Origin: Nitrosopumilus sp.
GTDB taxonomy: Archaea > Thermoproteota > Nitrososphaeria > Nitrososphaerales > Nitrosopumilaceae
Reading direction: 5' to 3'
Length of the DNA stretch: 64,000 bases
Assembly (NCBI GenBank): GCA_965205675.1
Contig: OZ242186.1
Location: forward strand, 480,001 to 544,000
Shown here: piece after piece, positions 10,049 to 20,560 of the stretch
How the letters are laid out: each line of letters opens with the position of its first letter
How positions within the stretch are numbered: position 1 is the first letter of the stretch
Position numbers and translations under genes: made by a program
Notes under the pieces: generated by a model
Told to the model about the DNA's origin: nothing
What the model saw: only the letters and a program-made list of their open reading frames with translations
The model's database searches: none

Positions 10049-10839
10049 ATTGCCCTCTCTGGTTTTTGTGATGGTAATCTTTTATGTTCACTGTTTGTGT
10101 GTAATTGTTGTATTTTTTCAATAATTTCTTCACTTACATCTATCTCTTTTTTTGTTTCAGACGCTGTTAATTTTTTCTCAAATAAACAATACAAAATAGA
10201 ATCAATTTCTTCATATGTCGCCCCTAATTCTTCTTCTGCTCCATGATCTTTCCATAGATGAGGGCTACTTTTTTTTGTAATAATGTTTTCTGGTACTTGT
10301 AAGTATTTTGCAATTTCTCTTACTTGTAATTTGTATAGTGGACTAATTGGAGATATATCTGATGCCCCGTCTCCAAATTTTGTAAAATATCCGATCATGT
10401 ATTCACTTTTGTCACTTGATCCTAATACGAGGTAGTTTTTTGCATTTGCATAATAGTACAAAATATTTGTTCTGATTCTTGCACGTAAATTTCCTTTAGA
10501 TTTTTCGTTTGGTTCAAGGTGCCTAGCGTATTCGTCTATGATTGGTTTTATGTCGATTACTTTGTGTTTTATCCCTGTCAATGAAATCATTTTGAGTGCA
10601 TCTTCAGTTTCTGAATTTGGTGTAATTGCTGTATCTGGCATTATCAAAGCCAATGTTTTCTCTTTGAGCTGCCTTTTACAAAGATAAGATAGAACTGCTG
10701 AATCTATGCCTCCACTTAATCCTAAAATAATTCCATCTGCATGATTTTTTTCTAATTGTTCAGTTAAAAATTCTTCAATTGTTTTAGTGATTGTTGGATA
10801 ATCTTGATCTTTAATCTCATTTATGATTTTTTGATTCAA
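10045..10839 (-). CDS. nadE: NH3-dependent NAD+ synthetase
   Basis: LSGGIDS, GNLRARIR, GYFTKFGDG. Confidence 0.95.
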   Translation of the reverse strand: MNQKIINEIKDQDYPTITKTIEEFLTEQLEKNHADGIILGLSGGIDSAVLSYLCKRQLKEKTLALIMPDTAITPNSETEDALKMISLTGIKHKVIDIKPIIDEYARHLEPNEKSKGNLRARIRTNILYYYANAKNYLVLGSSDKSEYMIGYFTKFGDGASDISPISPLYKLQVREIAKYLQVPENIITKKSSPHLWKDHGAEEELGATYEEIDSILYCLFEKKLTASETKKEIDVSEEIIEKIQQLHTNSEHKRLPSQKPERAI

Positions 10840-10952
10840 CAGATATTTCTCAGAATATGTATGAATAAAACCTATGCCTAATATTGAATCTAAATATATT
10901 AACGCCTAGAACCGCTGTGTATTTTTTGAATTCACAGGCTTTTTTTTTAAAA

Positions 10953-11255
10953 TTAAATATCTATGTAGATACCATCATCTCGCGCTTCCACCTGATATGT
11001 TTCAAGTTTCACTTCTTTGAGATAATCTGTTAATTCTCCTGTTTTGATATTGTAATGCCAAAAATGTAATGGACATTCTACGATATCCCCTTCCAATTTT
11101 CCTGGTGCGATTGATCCATCCTGATGGACGCAAAGATCATCCATCGCATGATATCCATTTTGATTGAAAATTGCTATTTGTTTACCATCTACTTTGAAAG
11201 CTTTTCCCTTTCCTGCAGATACTGCTCCTTTATCTGCAATTTTTTTCCAGGTCAA
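10953..11255 (-). CDS. Rieske [2Fe-2S] ferredoxin
   Basis: CVH ... CPLH Rieske ligand motifs. Confidence 0.92.
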   Translation of the reverse strand: MTWKKIADKGAVSAGKGKAFKVDGKQIAIFNQNGYHAMDDLCVHQDGSIAPGKLEGDIVECPLHFWHYNIKTGELTDYLKEVKLETYQVEARDDGIYIDI

Positions 11256-11293
11256 TATTTTGGTGATATCTTTGGCATTTATTTATATTCGCA

Positions 11294-11890
11294 TGCTGTA
11301 TCCCGAAACTAATTCATCTCTTATTCCACATTGTATTTTTCTCCTGTCTGCTCACCAATAACTTTTGTTCCCTTCTTTGGCATCTTTCTCACATATGCTT
11401 TTGCAGGTATCTCTAGATCGTCCAAGTCAAGTGACATGTGTGATTTTATATAATTACACGTGAACCAACTCATTGATTCCATCAAACCATTTCTGTTTTC
11501 TTTGAATTTGACCATGAAATTCCTCTAATTTCCCGTTATCTGTGGATGATTCGCCCTTGCCATGATCTGCTTTATCTCCAATCTGACTAGTCCTTGTTCA
11601 AACTTTGAGGCTTTACTTTTCTTGTATTCATCTTGGTCTGCATAAAACTGGGAGACATAGTCAGTCAAAATTGATGCAGGTCTGCCATGCTTTGTAATTG
11701 CTTCTCTGAGGATTACAATAGCGTTATCTGTTGTTATCTTTGCAAATATTTCATCATCGATGTTCTTGGTTCTATTCTCTTTTGATTTGATTATCCATGA
11801 TATTTGGTTTTGGAACTAGTTTTTACATGACTGTAGTTCTTTTCTCTTTTCCAAACTTATTCTGACTTTAGTCTGGAAATGATGAGGTGA
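11294..11890 (-). pseudogene. Decayed IS481-family transposase with right end
   Basis: Integrase-core fragments HGRPASILTD; C-terminus HMSLDLDDLEIPAKAYVRKM..EQTG is homologous to 51800-51910. Confidence 0.75.
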
Positions 11891-11963
11891 ACTATTTTGA
11901 GGATAATAGATTTGTTTACATTTGTATGATAGAATTTTATATGATGATGATTGGTTTTGTTTG

Positions 11964-13205
11964 TTGAGTAAAGTAAAATCCAGTTCAAAACTGATCAAAG
12001 AAGGTAAGCTATCTTATGAATGGGCTAGATCTCATATGCAAATCCTTGATAATACAATTAGTCGATATAAAAAATCAAAACCTCTCAAAGGAATTACCCT
12101 TGGATTTTGTCTTCACATTACTAAAGAAACATCTGTTTTATTGATGGGTGCTAAAGAATTGGGCGCAACTGTTGCTTGTTGCGGTGGAAATCCATTAACC
12201 ACCCAGGACAATATCGCCGCATTTTTAGCATCTCAGGGAATCAATGTTTATTCTTGGCATGGTCAATCTGTCAAAGAATATGATTGGTGTATTGATCAAG
12301 TGTTGAAACACAAACCCACTATTCTTACAGATGACGGTGCTGATATGAACATCAAAGCTCATTTTGATAAACGATTTAAAAATATGGAAATACTAGGTGC
12401 CACTGAAGAAACTACTGCGGGGGTTACTAGAATTAAGGCTGTAGAGAATCAAGGCAAACTTCGTTATCCTGTAATCTTGGTAAATGAAGCATACACAAAA
12501 CACATGTTTGATAATCGATATGGTACTGGACAAAGTACTATTGATGGGTATCTTCGCGCAATGAATCTTCTGATGGCTTCAAAACGTGTTATTGTTGTTG
12601 GTTATGGTTGGGTAGGTCGTGGTGTGGCATCTCGATGCAATGGAATGGGTTCTAAAGTAATTGTCACTGAAGTAGATCCTGTTAAAGCTCTTGAAGCTCA
12701 CATGGATGGATTTGAAGTTATGCCTATGGCACAAGCGGCAAAGATTGGTGATATGTTTATCACTTGTACAGGGATGACTAGTGTAATTCGTAAAGAGCAT
12801 ATTATGAAAATGAAAGATGGTGCCATCCTGGGCAATGTTGGTCATTTCGATGTTGAGATTGATAGTAAATTTTTGTTAAAATCCTCAAAGTCTGTTAAAA
12901 AAGCAAGACCTAATCTTGATGAATGTATCTTAAAGAATGGAAAGAAAGTTTATCTTATTGGACAAGGTCGACTTGCAAATTTGGTTGCAGCAGAAGGACA
13001 TCCTCCCGAAGTCATGGCACAATCCTTTTCTAACCAGATTCTTTCGGTTTTATATATTCTCAAAAATCACAAAAAGATGGAAAATAAAATAATCAATGTG
13101 CCTGAAGAAATTGATCAACAAATTGCAGTTGATGCATTAAAGGCAATGGATGTTAAAATTGATAAATTAACTTCTGAACAAGTAAAATATGCTAACAACT
13201 GGTAA
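11964..13205 (+). CDS. ahcY: Adenosylhomocysteinase
   Basis: TDDGAD, EETTAG, FDNRYGTGQS, GYGWVGRG, GHFDVEID; TTG start assumed. Confidence 0.96.
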   Translation: MSKVKSSSKLIKEGKLSYEWARSHMQILDNTISRYKKSKPLKGITLGFCLHITKETSVLLMGAKELGATVACCGGNPLTTQDNIAAFLASQGINVYSWHGQSVKEYDWCIDQVLKHKPTILTDDGADMNIKAHFDKRFKNMEILGATEETTAGVTRIKAVENQGKLRYPVILVNEAYTKHMFDNRYGTGQSTIDGYLRAMNLLMASKRVIVVGYGWVGRGVASRCNGMGSKVIVTEVDPVKALEAHMDGFEVMPMAQAAKIGDMFITCTGMTSVIRKEHIMKMKDGAILGNVGHFDVEIDSKFLLKSSKSVKKARPNLDECILKNGKKVYLIGQGRLANLVAAEGHPPEVMAQSFSNQILSVLYILKNHKKMENKIINVPEEIDQQIAVDALKAMDVKIDKLTSEQVKYANNW

Positions 13206-13240
13206 AACTTCTTAACCCCAATATCGCAACAAACTATCTG

Positions 13241-14896
13241 ATGAACAAAAAAGCTATCATTACAAGTGCATTACCTTACGCAAATGGAGAAATTCATTTA
13301 GGTCACGTAGCATCCACATATCTACCTGCTGATGTTACAACGCGATTTTTAAAACTTAATGGTGTCGAAGCATACTATGTTTGTGCATCTGATGATTTTG
13401 GAACTCCTATTCTGATTCAATCTGAAAAAGAAAGAAAAACCCCTGCTGAATATGTTGAGCATTGGAATAAACGTGATTATGAAGATTTTTCCGCATTTAG
13501 CATTGCATTTGATTATTTCTACAAAACTAGCTCTTCTGAAAATATCTCCTTTGTTCAAGATGTCTTCAAAAAATTAAATGCCTCTGGTCATATCTATGAA
13601 AAAGAAATCATTCAATTTTACTGCAATAATGACAAAAAATTCCTTCCTGATAGATATGTAAAAGGCATATGCCCTTACTGTAAATCTGAGGATCAATACT
13701 CTGATCTTTGTGAAAGTTGTGGTCGCGTACCTGAGGAGATCACTGATCCAAAATGTTCCCTTTGTGGACAACCTCCTACTAAAGAAAAAACAAATCATTA
13801 TTTTTTCAAACTTAAAAATTTTAGTGATTCTTTGATTGATTGGTTAGATGGTAATCTAAATCTCCAAAAAGATGTAAAAAAATATGTTCAGAATTGGATC
13901 AAATCTGGATTAATTGATTGGGATATTACTAGAGATATTACTTGGGGGGTTCCTGTTCCTCTTGATGGTGCTAAGGGTAAGGTGTTTTATGGTTGGTTTG
14001 ATAATCATCTTGCATACATCTCAACTGCGATAAAATTCCTTAATGATAAAGGCATTGATGGAAAAGATTTTTGGAATTCTGCAGATATTTATCATTTCAT
14101 TGGAAAAGATATCGTATATCATCATTATCTTTTCTTACCTGCAATGCGATTGGGTATTGATTCAGAATACAAACTTCCTGATTACATTCCTACTAGAGGA
14201 CATCTAACTCTACAATCTAAGAAAATTTCTAAAAGCAGAAAGTGGTATATTGGTCTAAAACAATTTTTAGAATATTACCCTGCAGACTATCTTAGATTTT
14301 ACCTTGTTTCGATAAATCCCTACTCTCAAGATGATTTGAATTTTGACTGGGATGATTTCGCAACAAGAATTAATTCGGAATTGATTGGAAATCTGGGAAA
14401 TTTCATCAATAGAGCCCTTGGATTTACTAAAAAGACATTTGACGGTATAGTTCCAGAACCTAACTCTTTTGATGAAAAAGATTCTGAAGCTGAACAAAAA
14501 ATAAAAAATCTTGCAACTGATGTTGGTTCCCTCATGAAACAAAATCATCTTGATCGAGCCCTGAAAAAAATCATGGAGTTTTCCTCATTTTTTAATCAAT
14601 ATTTTCAACACAAGGAGCCTTGGAAAAGAGGTCCTGGTACCACAAACTGTGTATATCTTTCAGTAAATGCTGTTAGAGCGTTGGCAATTGCAATGTTTTC
14701 GTTTATGCCTGAATCTTCACAAAAAATCTGGATTCAATTGAATCTTGATAGTAAAATCCATGATTCTTTATGGACTGATATGTCTGAATTGAGAATTGTT
14801 TCTAATCATACATTAGGTGATGTGTTTCCTCTTTTTGCTAGAGTGGAAGTCTCTGATATTGAAAAACACAAAAGTGGATTGGGATCTTCTGAATAA
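13241..14896 (+). CDS. metG: Methionine--tRNA ligase
   Basis: ALPYANGEIHLGH, Zn knuckle CPYC..CESC, IGKDI, KISKS. Confidence 0.96.
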   Translation: MNKKAIITSALPYANGEIHLGHVASTYLPADVTTRFLKLNGVEAYYVCASDDFGTPILIQSEKERKTPAEYVEHWNKRDYEDFSAFSIAFDYFYKTSSSENISFVQDVFKKLNASGHIYEKEIIQFYCNNDKKFLPDRYVKGICPYCKSEDQYSDLCESCGRVPEEITDPKCSLCGQPPTKEKTNHYFFKLKNFSDSLIDWLDGNLNLQKDVKKYVQNWIKSGLIDWDITRDITWGVPVPLDGAKGKVFYGWFDNHLAYISTAIKFLNDKGIDGKDFWNSADIYHFIGKDIVYHHYLFLPAMRLGIDSEYKLPDYIPTRGHLTLQSKKISKSRKWYIGLKQFLEYYPADYLRFYLVSINPYSQDDLNFDWDDFATRINSELIGNLGNFINRALGFTKKTFDGIVPEPNSFDEKDSEAEQKIKNLATDVGSLMKQNHLDRALKKIMEFSSFFNQYFQHKEPWKRGPGTTNCVYLSVNAVRALAIAMFSFMPESSQKIWIQLNLDSKIHDSLWTDMSELRIVSNHTLGDVFPLFARVEVSDIEKHKSGLGSSE

Positions 14897-15648
14897 TGAA
14901 ACCTATTCCAAGAATTTCTACAAGGGGATACTATGATCTTTCAAATGGATTAACTTTGAAACATAATTCGTATTACACTTATCCAAAAAATGATTTTAAA
15001 AAATTAATCAACTCTAAAGAATTTACAATTATGATTCATGGATTACGAAATGATAACGCCGGAGCTATTACTAAAGTTATCTTAGCAAAAAAACAATTAC
15101 ACAAATTAGGTTACAAACATACTGTGATTGGATATAGTTATGACTCAAACACTACGGGTGCACATTTAGTTAAACATGCAAAACATGCTCTTGCAGTAGG
15201 TCAAAAAATTGCAGTGAAAAATGGCAAAAATCTTGGAAAATTCATTGAAGATTTTAAATTATCTAGTCCTAAAACAAAGATTCGACTAATAGGTCATTCT
15301 TTGGGTTCTCAAGTAATTTTGAGTACTTTGGAATATCTTTCAAAAAAGAAACAAAACATTGGAATTGTAGAGAGTGTGTATCTCTTTGGCGCATCTATAA
15401 CTGAAGATGTTCCCTCATCAAAAAAATATGGTAAAATTCTTCAATCTGTAGTTAATTCAAAAATAATAAATCATTATGCACCAACTGATGAAGTTCTTAA
15501 TTGGGCAAATCATAAAAAATATGTCAAGGGACCTCTAGGACTAAATGGAGCTGTTGGCAAACCTGTGAAAAAATATCTACAAAAATTAGTAAAACCAAAA
15601 AACCACAGATTTGCAAGTTATGCTAGTGTTTTGAATTCCTTTCCCTAG
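14896..15648 (+). CDS. Alpha/beta hydrolase (DUF726/DUF900-like)
   Basis: IHGL and GHSLG nucleophile elbow. Confidence 0.8.
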   Translation: MKPIPRISTRGYYDLSNGLTLKHNSYYTYPKNDFKKLINSKEFTIMIHGLRNDNAGAITKVILAKKQLHKLGYKHTVIGYSYDSNTTGAHLVKHAKHALAVGQKIAVKNGKNLGKFIEDFKLSSPKTKIRLIGHSLGSQVILSTLEYLSKKKQNIGIVESVYLFGASITEDVPSSKKYGKILQSVVNSKIINHYAPTDEVLNWANHKKYVKGPLGLNGAVGKPVKKYLQKLVKPKNHRFASYASVLNSFP

Positions 15649-16027
15649 ACTCTTTGTTTAGTATGATTCATACGCTAGTTTTTTATATAAAAAATGAGTC
15701 TTACACTTTATTATGAAGGCAAGTGTTGAGTCACAAAACAAATCCATATTGTACCATCTTCATATTTTGGATGAACAGACTGACATCTACACAGATCTTT
15801 CTGAGTATTCTTGTTAGATGATCCCAAGTATTTTTAGATTATATTATGTTAGAAGTTTTATCAATGAGACTAACTGTGATAATTGTTTTACAGGATTATC
15901 ATCTAGAACAATTAATCTCATGTGATCAATGTTGTCCTAAATTTTATGATAGTTGCATAAAGACCCATAAACATTGAGATTCTCAAAAATCAAAACTTCA
16001 TAAGATCGATTTTAATTCAAATTTCAT

Positions 16028-16948
16028 ATGGTTCAATCTATAAATTTTGTAGTTTTAGGTAAACAAGATATTGCATCTGACTTTGGAAAAAAAAGCACCG
16101 AATCCGATCTTACTCTCTATGATAGAAAAGAATCTAAGATTATCAAAACTTGGGTGATTCCAAATGGCTTCCCTGATAAAATACCACCTCTTTTTCAAGC
16201 AATCAATTTAGCAGAATATGTGATATTCCATGTTGATAAATTAGATAAATTTACTGGAGAACAAATAATTGCTCTTGATTCTTTGAAAAAGGAAAAAGGT
16301 ATTTTATCTCATACTTTTGATGTTGATAAATCAAAATTGGCGATGATGATTAAAGGAACTGTAGTAGAAAATTACATCAAAGTCGATCAAGATAAAATCA
16401 AAGAAGCAATGAATAAGCTAGAACCTATTACAAATGATAATGCTCCTGAATTATTCATTGATCACTGTTTTGATGTTAAGGGTGTTGGAACTGTGATTTT
16501 AGGTAAGGTGACAAATGGAACTATAAAACAGTATGATAATTTGAAATTATATCCATCTGAAATTAATGTTTTAATAAAATCTATACAAATGCATGATGAT
16601 CCTGTTGCTGAATCTGTCTGTCCTGCAAGAGTTGGGTTGGCTGTAAAAGGAGTAAAATCTAGTGAAGTTAGTCGTGGTGATGTTATTTCACAAGAAGGCG
16701 TAGTTGATGTGAAAATTGAGATTAGTCTTGATTTTCAAAAGAGCCCTTTTTACAAAAGTGATATTATCGAAAATCAAGGTTGCCTTGTAAGTATTGGATT
16801 ACAAATCAAAGCTGCAAAATTTTCTTCTATCTCTCCACTTAAACTAATATTTGAAAAACCTATTGTTTGCAAGAAAGGGGCAATTGCTGTCATCTTAAAA
16901 CCTGAATCCTCAACAATTCGAATTTTGGGTAGTGGTCTAATCCAATAG
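16028..16948 (+). CDS. SelB/EF-Tu domain II-like translation factor homologue with degenerate G domain
   Basis: IDHCFDVKGVGTVILG, IKSIQMHD, RVGLAVKG; no P-loop. Confidence 0.8.
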   Translation: MVQSINFVVLGKQDIASDFGKKSTESDLTLYDRKESKIIKTWVIPNGFPDKIPPLFQAINLAEYVIFHVDKLDKFTGEQIIALDSLKKEKGILSHTFDVDKSKLAMMIKGTVVENYIKVDQDKIKEAMNKLEPITNDNAPELFIDHCFDVKGVGTVILGKVTNGTIKQYDNLKLYPSEINVLIKSIQMHDDPVAESVCPARVGLAVKGVKSSEVSRGDVISQEGVVDVKIEISLDFQKSPFYKSDIIENQGCLVSIGLQIKAAKFSSISPLKLIFEKPIVCKKGAIAVILKPESSTIRILGSGLIQ

Positions 16949-17359
16949 TGAAATTTAATTAAATCCTACAACATGATTGATTATGGGTGAATCATTACGT
17001 GCATGTCCTATTTGTCCTGCATGTAGTTCTAAGAAATTCACTAGATTTTCTGGTAAAAAAGTCATTGTAAAATGTCGTTCTTGTGGGAAAATAATTGAGA
17101 TCTAGGTTTTCTTGCATTGTAGATGAAAATGATTGATTTTGTACGTGTTGTATGTAGGTGGAAATTAAATTGTTTCCTTTTCTAGGAAGCCGTTTTTTGG
17201 TATGATGTATTTTGAATTTTTTTTGTATGGAATGCAACAATTAATTCCATGACACTACAAATAGTTTCTGATGTATTTTCAACTGATCCCAAAACAAACC
17301 ATTTAGGCAAATTTTGATGATCATTTAGATCTATGAACAATGTCATTTAGAACGATTCT

Positions 17360-18110
17360 ATGCAATTTACAGAACTAACTAACAAGCAGGGAATTATTAC
17401 ACATTTACATTTGCCAAAACCAGCTAAAACTGGCCAGACCTAGAGCCGATGACAGGACTACAATCAATGCAATAATGTTTGTGTTAATTACAGGTTGCAG
17501 GTGGATTGACCTGTCTGTGCAGCACGGTTCCAAATCATCAACACCTATGAGATTTCAGGATTTCCAGCAAAAGGGAATATGGAAAAAGATTCTCAAATAT
17601 GTAATTATATCTGCACACAAAGCAAACAAGATTAGTCTGAAAAAAAGTATCAGTTGACTCCTCAAGTGTTGCTGCAAAAAAGAGGTAACGATATAAGAAG
17701 AGATGGTTTCAAAAAGATTACAGACACAAAAATTCATGTTGCAGTAGAACAAAACGGTTTACCGATATCTATTGTGATGGGTTCTGCAAATATCCATGAT
17801 TCCGCAAAATTCATTGATGTAATAGAAAACATCTCTGATTTTGTAAATGATGAGGGAAATTATTTCAGTTTATGCAGACAAAGGTTATGATGCAAAATCA
17901 ATTAGAAATTATTTGAGAGACAGAAACATCAATCCATGTATTCCATTTAGAAAAAATAATGATGAAGCAACAAAAAATAGATCATACAAAAAATATAACA
18001 AGATTCGTTATGTTGTGGAGAGATTCTTTGCATGACTCAAGTGTGGATTCTGCAAGAACAGCAATAAGATATGAAAAGAATTGCGAGAATTATCTGGGAC
18101 CTGTTTACTT
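17360..18110 (+). pseudogene. Decayed IS5-family transposase
   Basis: Fragments VLITGCRWIDL, KIHVAVEQNGLP..ANIHD, ADKGYD, RYVVERFFA. Confidence 0.82.
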
Positions 18111-18700
18111 GGCATCAATTCTGATGTATTGAAGAATGTTGGAATAATATCATACATTTGAGAGAATAGTTTTGGGAAATGTTTGATATCATGAGATACG
18201 GGATAGTACTGAATCACAACTGCACAAATCAACTGGGATTTCATATCAGATCCTACTGACATTTTTGTAAATGCATGCCTAAGATTGCATCTGTAAGAAT
18301 AGTATGGTGTAGCATGTCTGTTTTCAAATCCTGTTGCATCAATTACTGCAAATATTGCACCCTGAGATACCTTCCAATGAATCTACCAATTGTAACATGC
18401 AGTAAAACGTAACTCAATCTAGCTGCTGCCTTTTGGAGCGTTGTAAAATGGGGAATGGTCTTGAGTTGTAATTGGATAGTGATTTCTGTTGTAACTTTTA
18501 ACCATTCAACAAAACTCTCATAACTTTTTGACTCGTACTGTCTAAGGACTAGCAGTATGATGCGTTTTGGTGTATTGAAAATGTATGTTTTGATTTGGAA
18601 TGTAAAAACAGTGGAACATTCATTTTCTTTAGAGTCTGGCGCATGAGAGAAATCATGCGTTGGTATTTGTTTTTCATAAAATGATGGATATCTGATAATT
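18110..18700 (-). pseudogene. Second decayed IS5-like transposase, convergent with the first
   Basis: Manual translation gives IPHFTTLQKAAARL, AVIDATGF, SHDIKHF. Confidence 0.7.
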
Positions 18701-18844
18701 GATGATATCTGTATGGTTAGTTTAATGAATCATCAGGTAAAATATTGATGATTTCTATGTGGCCCCTCTCAATTCCACACCAAATATACATGATGTTCAT
18801 TTATCACAACTGGTTTGATGTATCTGATTTGAAGATAATTCTAC

Positions 18845-18883
18845 TGGCTATCTGACGAGAAGGTAGAGATTAGGTGTAAAAAT
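18845..18883. repeat. Dispersed intergenic motif, copy 1
   Basis: CTGGCTATCTGACGAGAAGGTAGAGATTAGGTGTAAAA, similar to 42513-42547. Confidence 0.55.
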
Positions 18884-18970
18884 ACTTTCTTGATAAATCA
18901 AAACATTGGAAACATCTCGTTAAATGCTCTTTTGGTTTAAAATTAAATATTGATAGTATCAGATATTATC

Positions 18971-19468
18971 ATGCAAGTTATTCTTCGACAATTAGGTAAT
19001 TGTAATATTAGAAGAGCCGAACCAAGCGATCTAATCTCTATTATGGAAATTAATCTCAAAACTTTACCTGAGCATTATTCTGATTATTTCTATGAAAGTT
19101 TGCTTGCTGAATTGCCCGAGGCTTTCATTGTTGCAGAAATTGAAGGAAAACCTGTTGGATACATCATGTGCAAAACTGAATTTGGATTTTCGAATTTTAA
19201 AAAATTAGGTTTTGTCAAAAAAGGCCATGTTGTATCTATTGCAGTACTTGATGAACATAGACGAAAAGGTATTGGGAATACTCTTGTTGAGGAATCTGTC
19301 AAAGGCATAAAATTAAAAAAATGTGATGAATTTTATTTGGAAGTAAGATGTAGTAATACTGATGCTGTCAGATTATATGAAAAATTAGGATTTGTAATTC
19401 GACAACAGCTAAATGTCTATTATCGAGATGGTGAAGATGCCTATCTTATGGCAATTGAATTAACTTAG
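18971..19468 (+). CDS. rimI: RimI/Ard1-type N-acetyltransferase (GNAT)
   Basis: LPEHY, GHVVSIAV..RRKGIG, LEVR..N..A..LY, YYRDGEDAYLM. Confidence 0.9.
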   Translation: MQVILRQLGNCNIRRAEPSDLISIMEINLKTLPEHYSDYFYESLLAELPEAFIVAEIEGKPVGYIMCKTEFGFSNFKKLGFVKKGHVVSIAVLDEHRRKGIGNTLVEESVKGIKLKKCDEFYLEVRCSNTDAVRLYEKLGFVIRQQLNVYYRDGEDAYLMAIELT

Positions 19469-19500
19469 TTAAAACCAATAGATAACTCACAAAAAGTTAT

Positions 19501-19722
19501 TTGTCATGGACAAACGAAAAGGAATGGATATCATCATTTTTGTATTGTGTATTAATGGTTTTTTTGTATGCTTGCTTGTTAATGCTTTCTGAATGGAATC
19601 CTACTGTATTACAATTATCTGTGTTAATGATTGCTGGAGGAATTTTAGGAATTGTTGCATGGATTGGATATGTAATGGCTACAACAAAGTCTTCACCTGT
19701 TTTTATTACATCTGAGGATTAA
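19501..19722 (+). CDS. Small two-TM hypothetical protein
   Basis: 73 aa hydrophobic ORF filling the intergenic gap. Confidence 0.55.
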   Translation: MSWTNEKEWISSFLYCVLMVFLYACLLMLSEWNPTVLQLSVLMIAGGILGIVAWIGYVMATTKSSPVFITSED

Positions 19723-19723
19723 A

Positions 19724-20560
19724 TTATTTGGAAATTTTAGCATCTACAACTGTTTGATAATATCTGGGGCCAACTGCTCTAACAATTTTTGAATCTAGAA
19801 TTTCTGATTTTACTGATGTAACGTCTAGGTAATGATCTTCTGAAAGTTTTCCTGCATCTCTTTTTTTATCTGCATGAATATGTGAGTAATAATGAATGAT
19901 ACCTCCATCTTTGGTTGTACTTATTGCTGATTCTAAAAATTCATCTGACTTTTCAGGTAACAACATCAATGTTCTATCTGATTTATCAATTAGTTGATCT
20001 TTGATGATTTCAGGTGCATCCCCATTAATGGAAATCACATTACCTGCAAGTTTGTTCAATTCTATGTTTGTTTCACATAATTTTGAAGCCGTGGGATTAA
20101 TGTCAAGACTATACACAGTGCATTTCTTCTTTTTTGCAGCCATTATAGAAAACATCCCAACACCTGCAAACATGTTAGTTATAACCTCTCCATTTTGAAT
20201 TAAATTGGAAATTCTTTCTCTTTCAGTAGAAAGTCTAGGTGAAAAAAATGCATTTTCTACATCTACTGTAAACATACATCCAAATTCCTTATATTTGGTC
20301 TCTGTATTGTTCTCTCCTGCAAGAATCTCTAAATCCCTTGTTCGAAAATCCCCCTCTACTGCTGAGGCTTGATAAAATACACTTCTTACTATTTTTACTT
20401 CATCTAATAGTGTTTTTCCGATAATTTTCTTCTTTGATAGAAGTGAATCGGGAATTCTCACAATAATTATTTCACCAATCTGATCAAATGCCGAAATTAA
20501 TTCACTATTTTCTTTTTCTGTAAGCACACTTTCAAGTGCTTTTTTTAACATACGCGTCAA
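19724..20560 (-). CDS. Trm5/Taw2-family tRNA methyltransferase
   Basis: FFSPRLSTER, MFAGVGMF SAM motif, DINP. Confidence 0.88.
   Translation of the reverse strand: MTRMLKKALESVLTEKENSELISAFDQIGEIIIVRIPDSLLSKKKIIGKTLLDEVKIVRSVFYQASAVEGDFRTRDLEILAGENNTETKYKEFGCMFTVDVENAFFSPRLSTERERISNLIQNGEVITNMFAGVGMFSIMAAKKKKCTVYSLDINPTASKLCETNIELNKLAGNVISINGDAPEIIKDQLIDKSDRTLMLLPEKSDEFLESAISTTKDGGIIHYYSHIHADKKRDAGKLSEDHYLDVTSVKSEILDSKIVRAVGPRYYQTVVDAKISK

Noticed and set aside
15650-17340. Possible IS relics in 15650-15960 and 16995-17340
   Set aside because: They look like decayed coding DNA but show no diagnostic motif.
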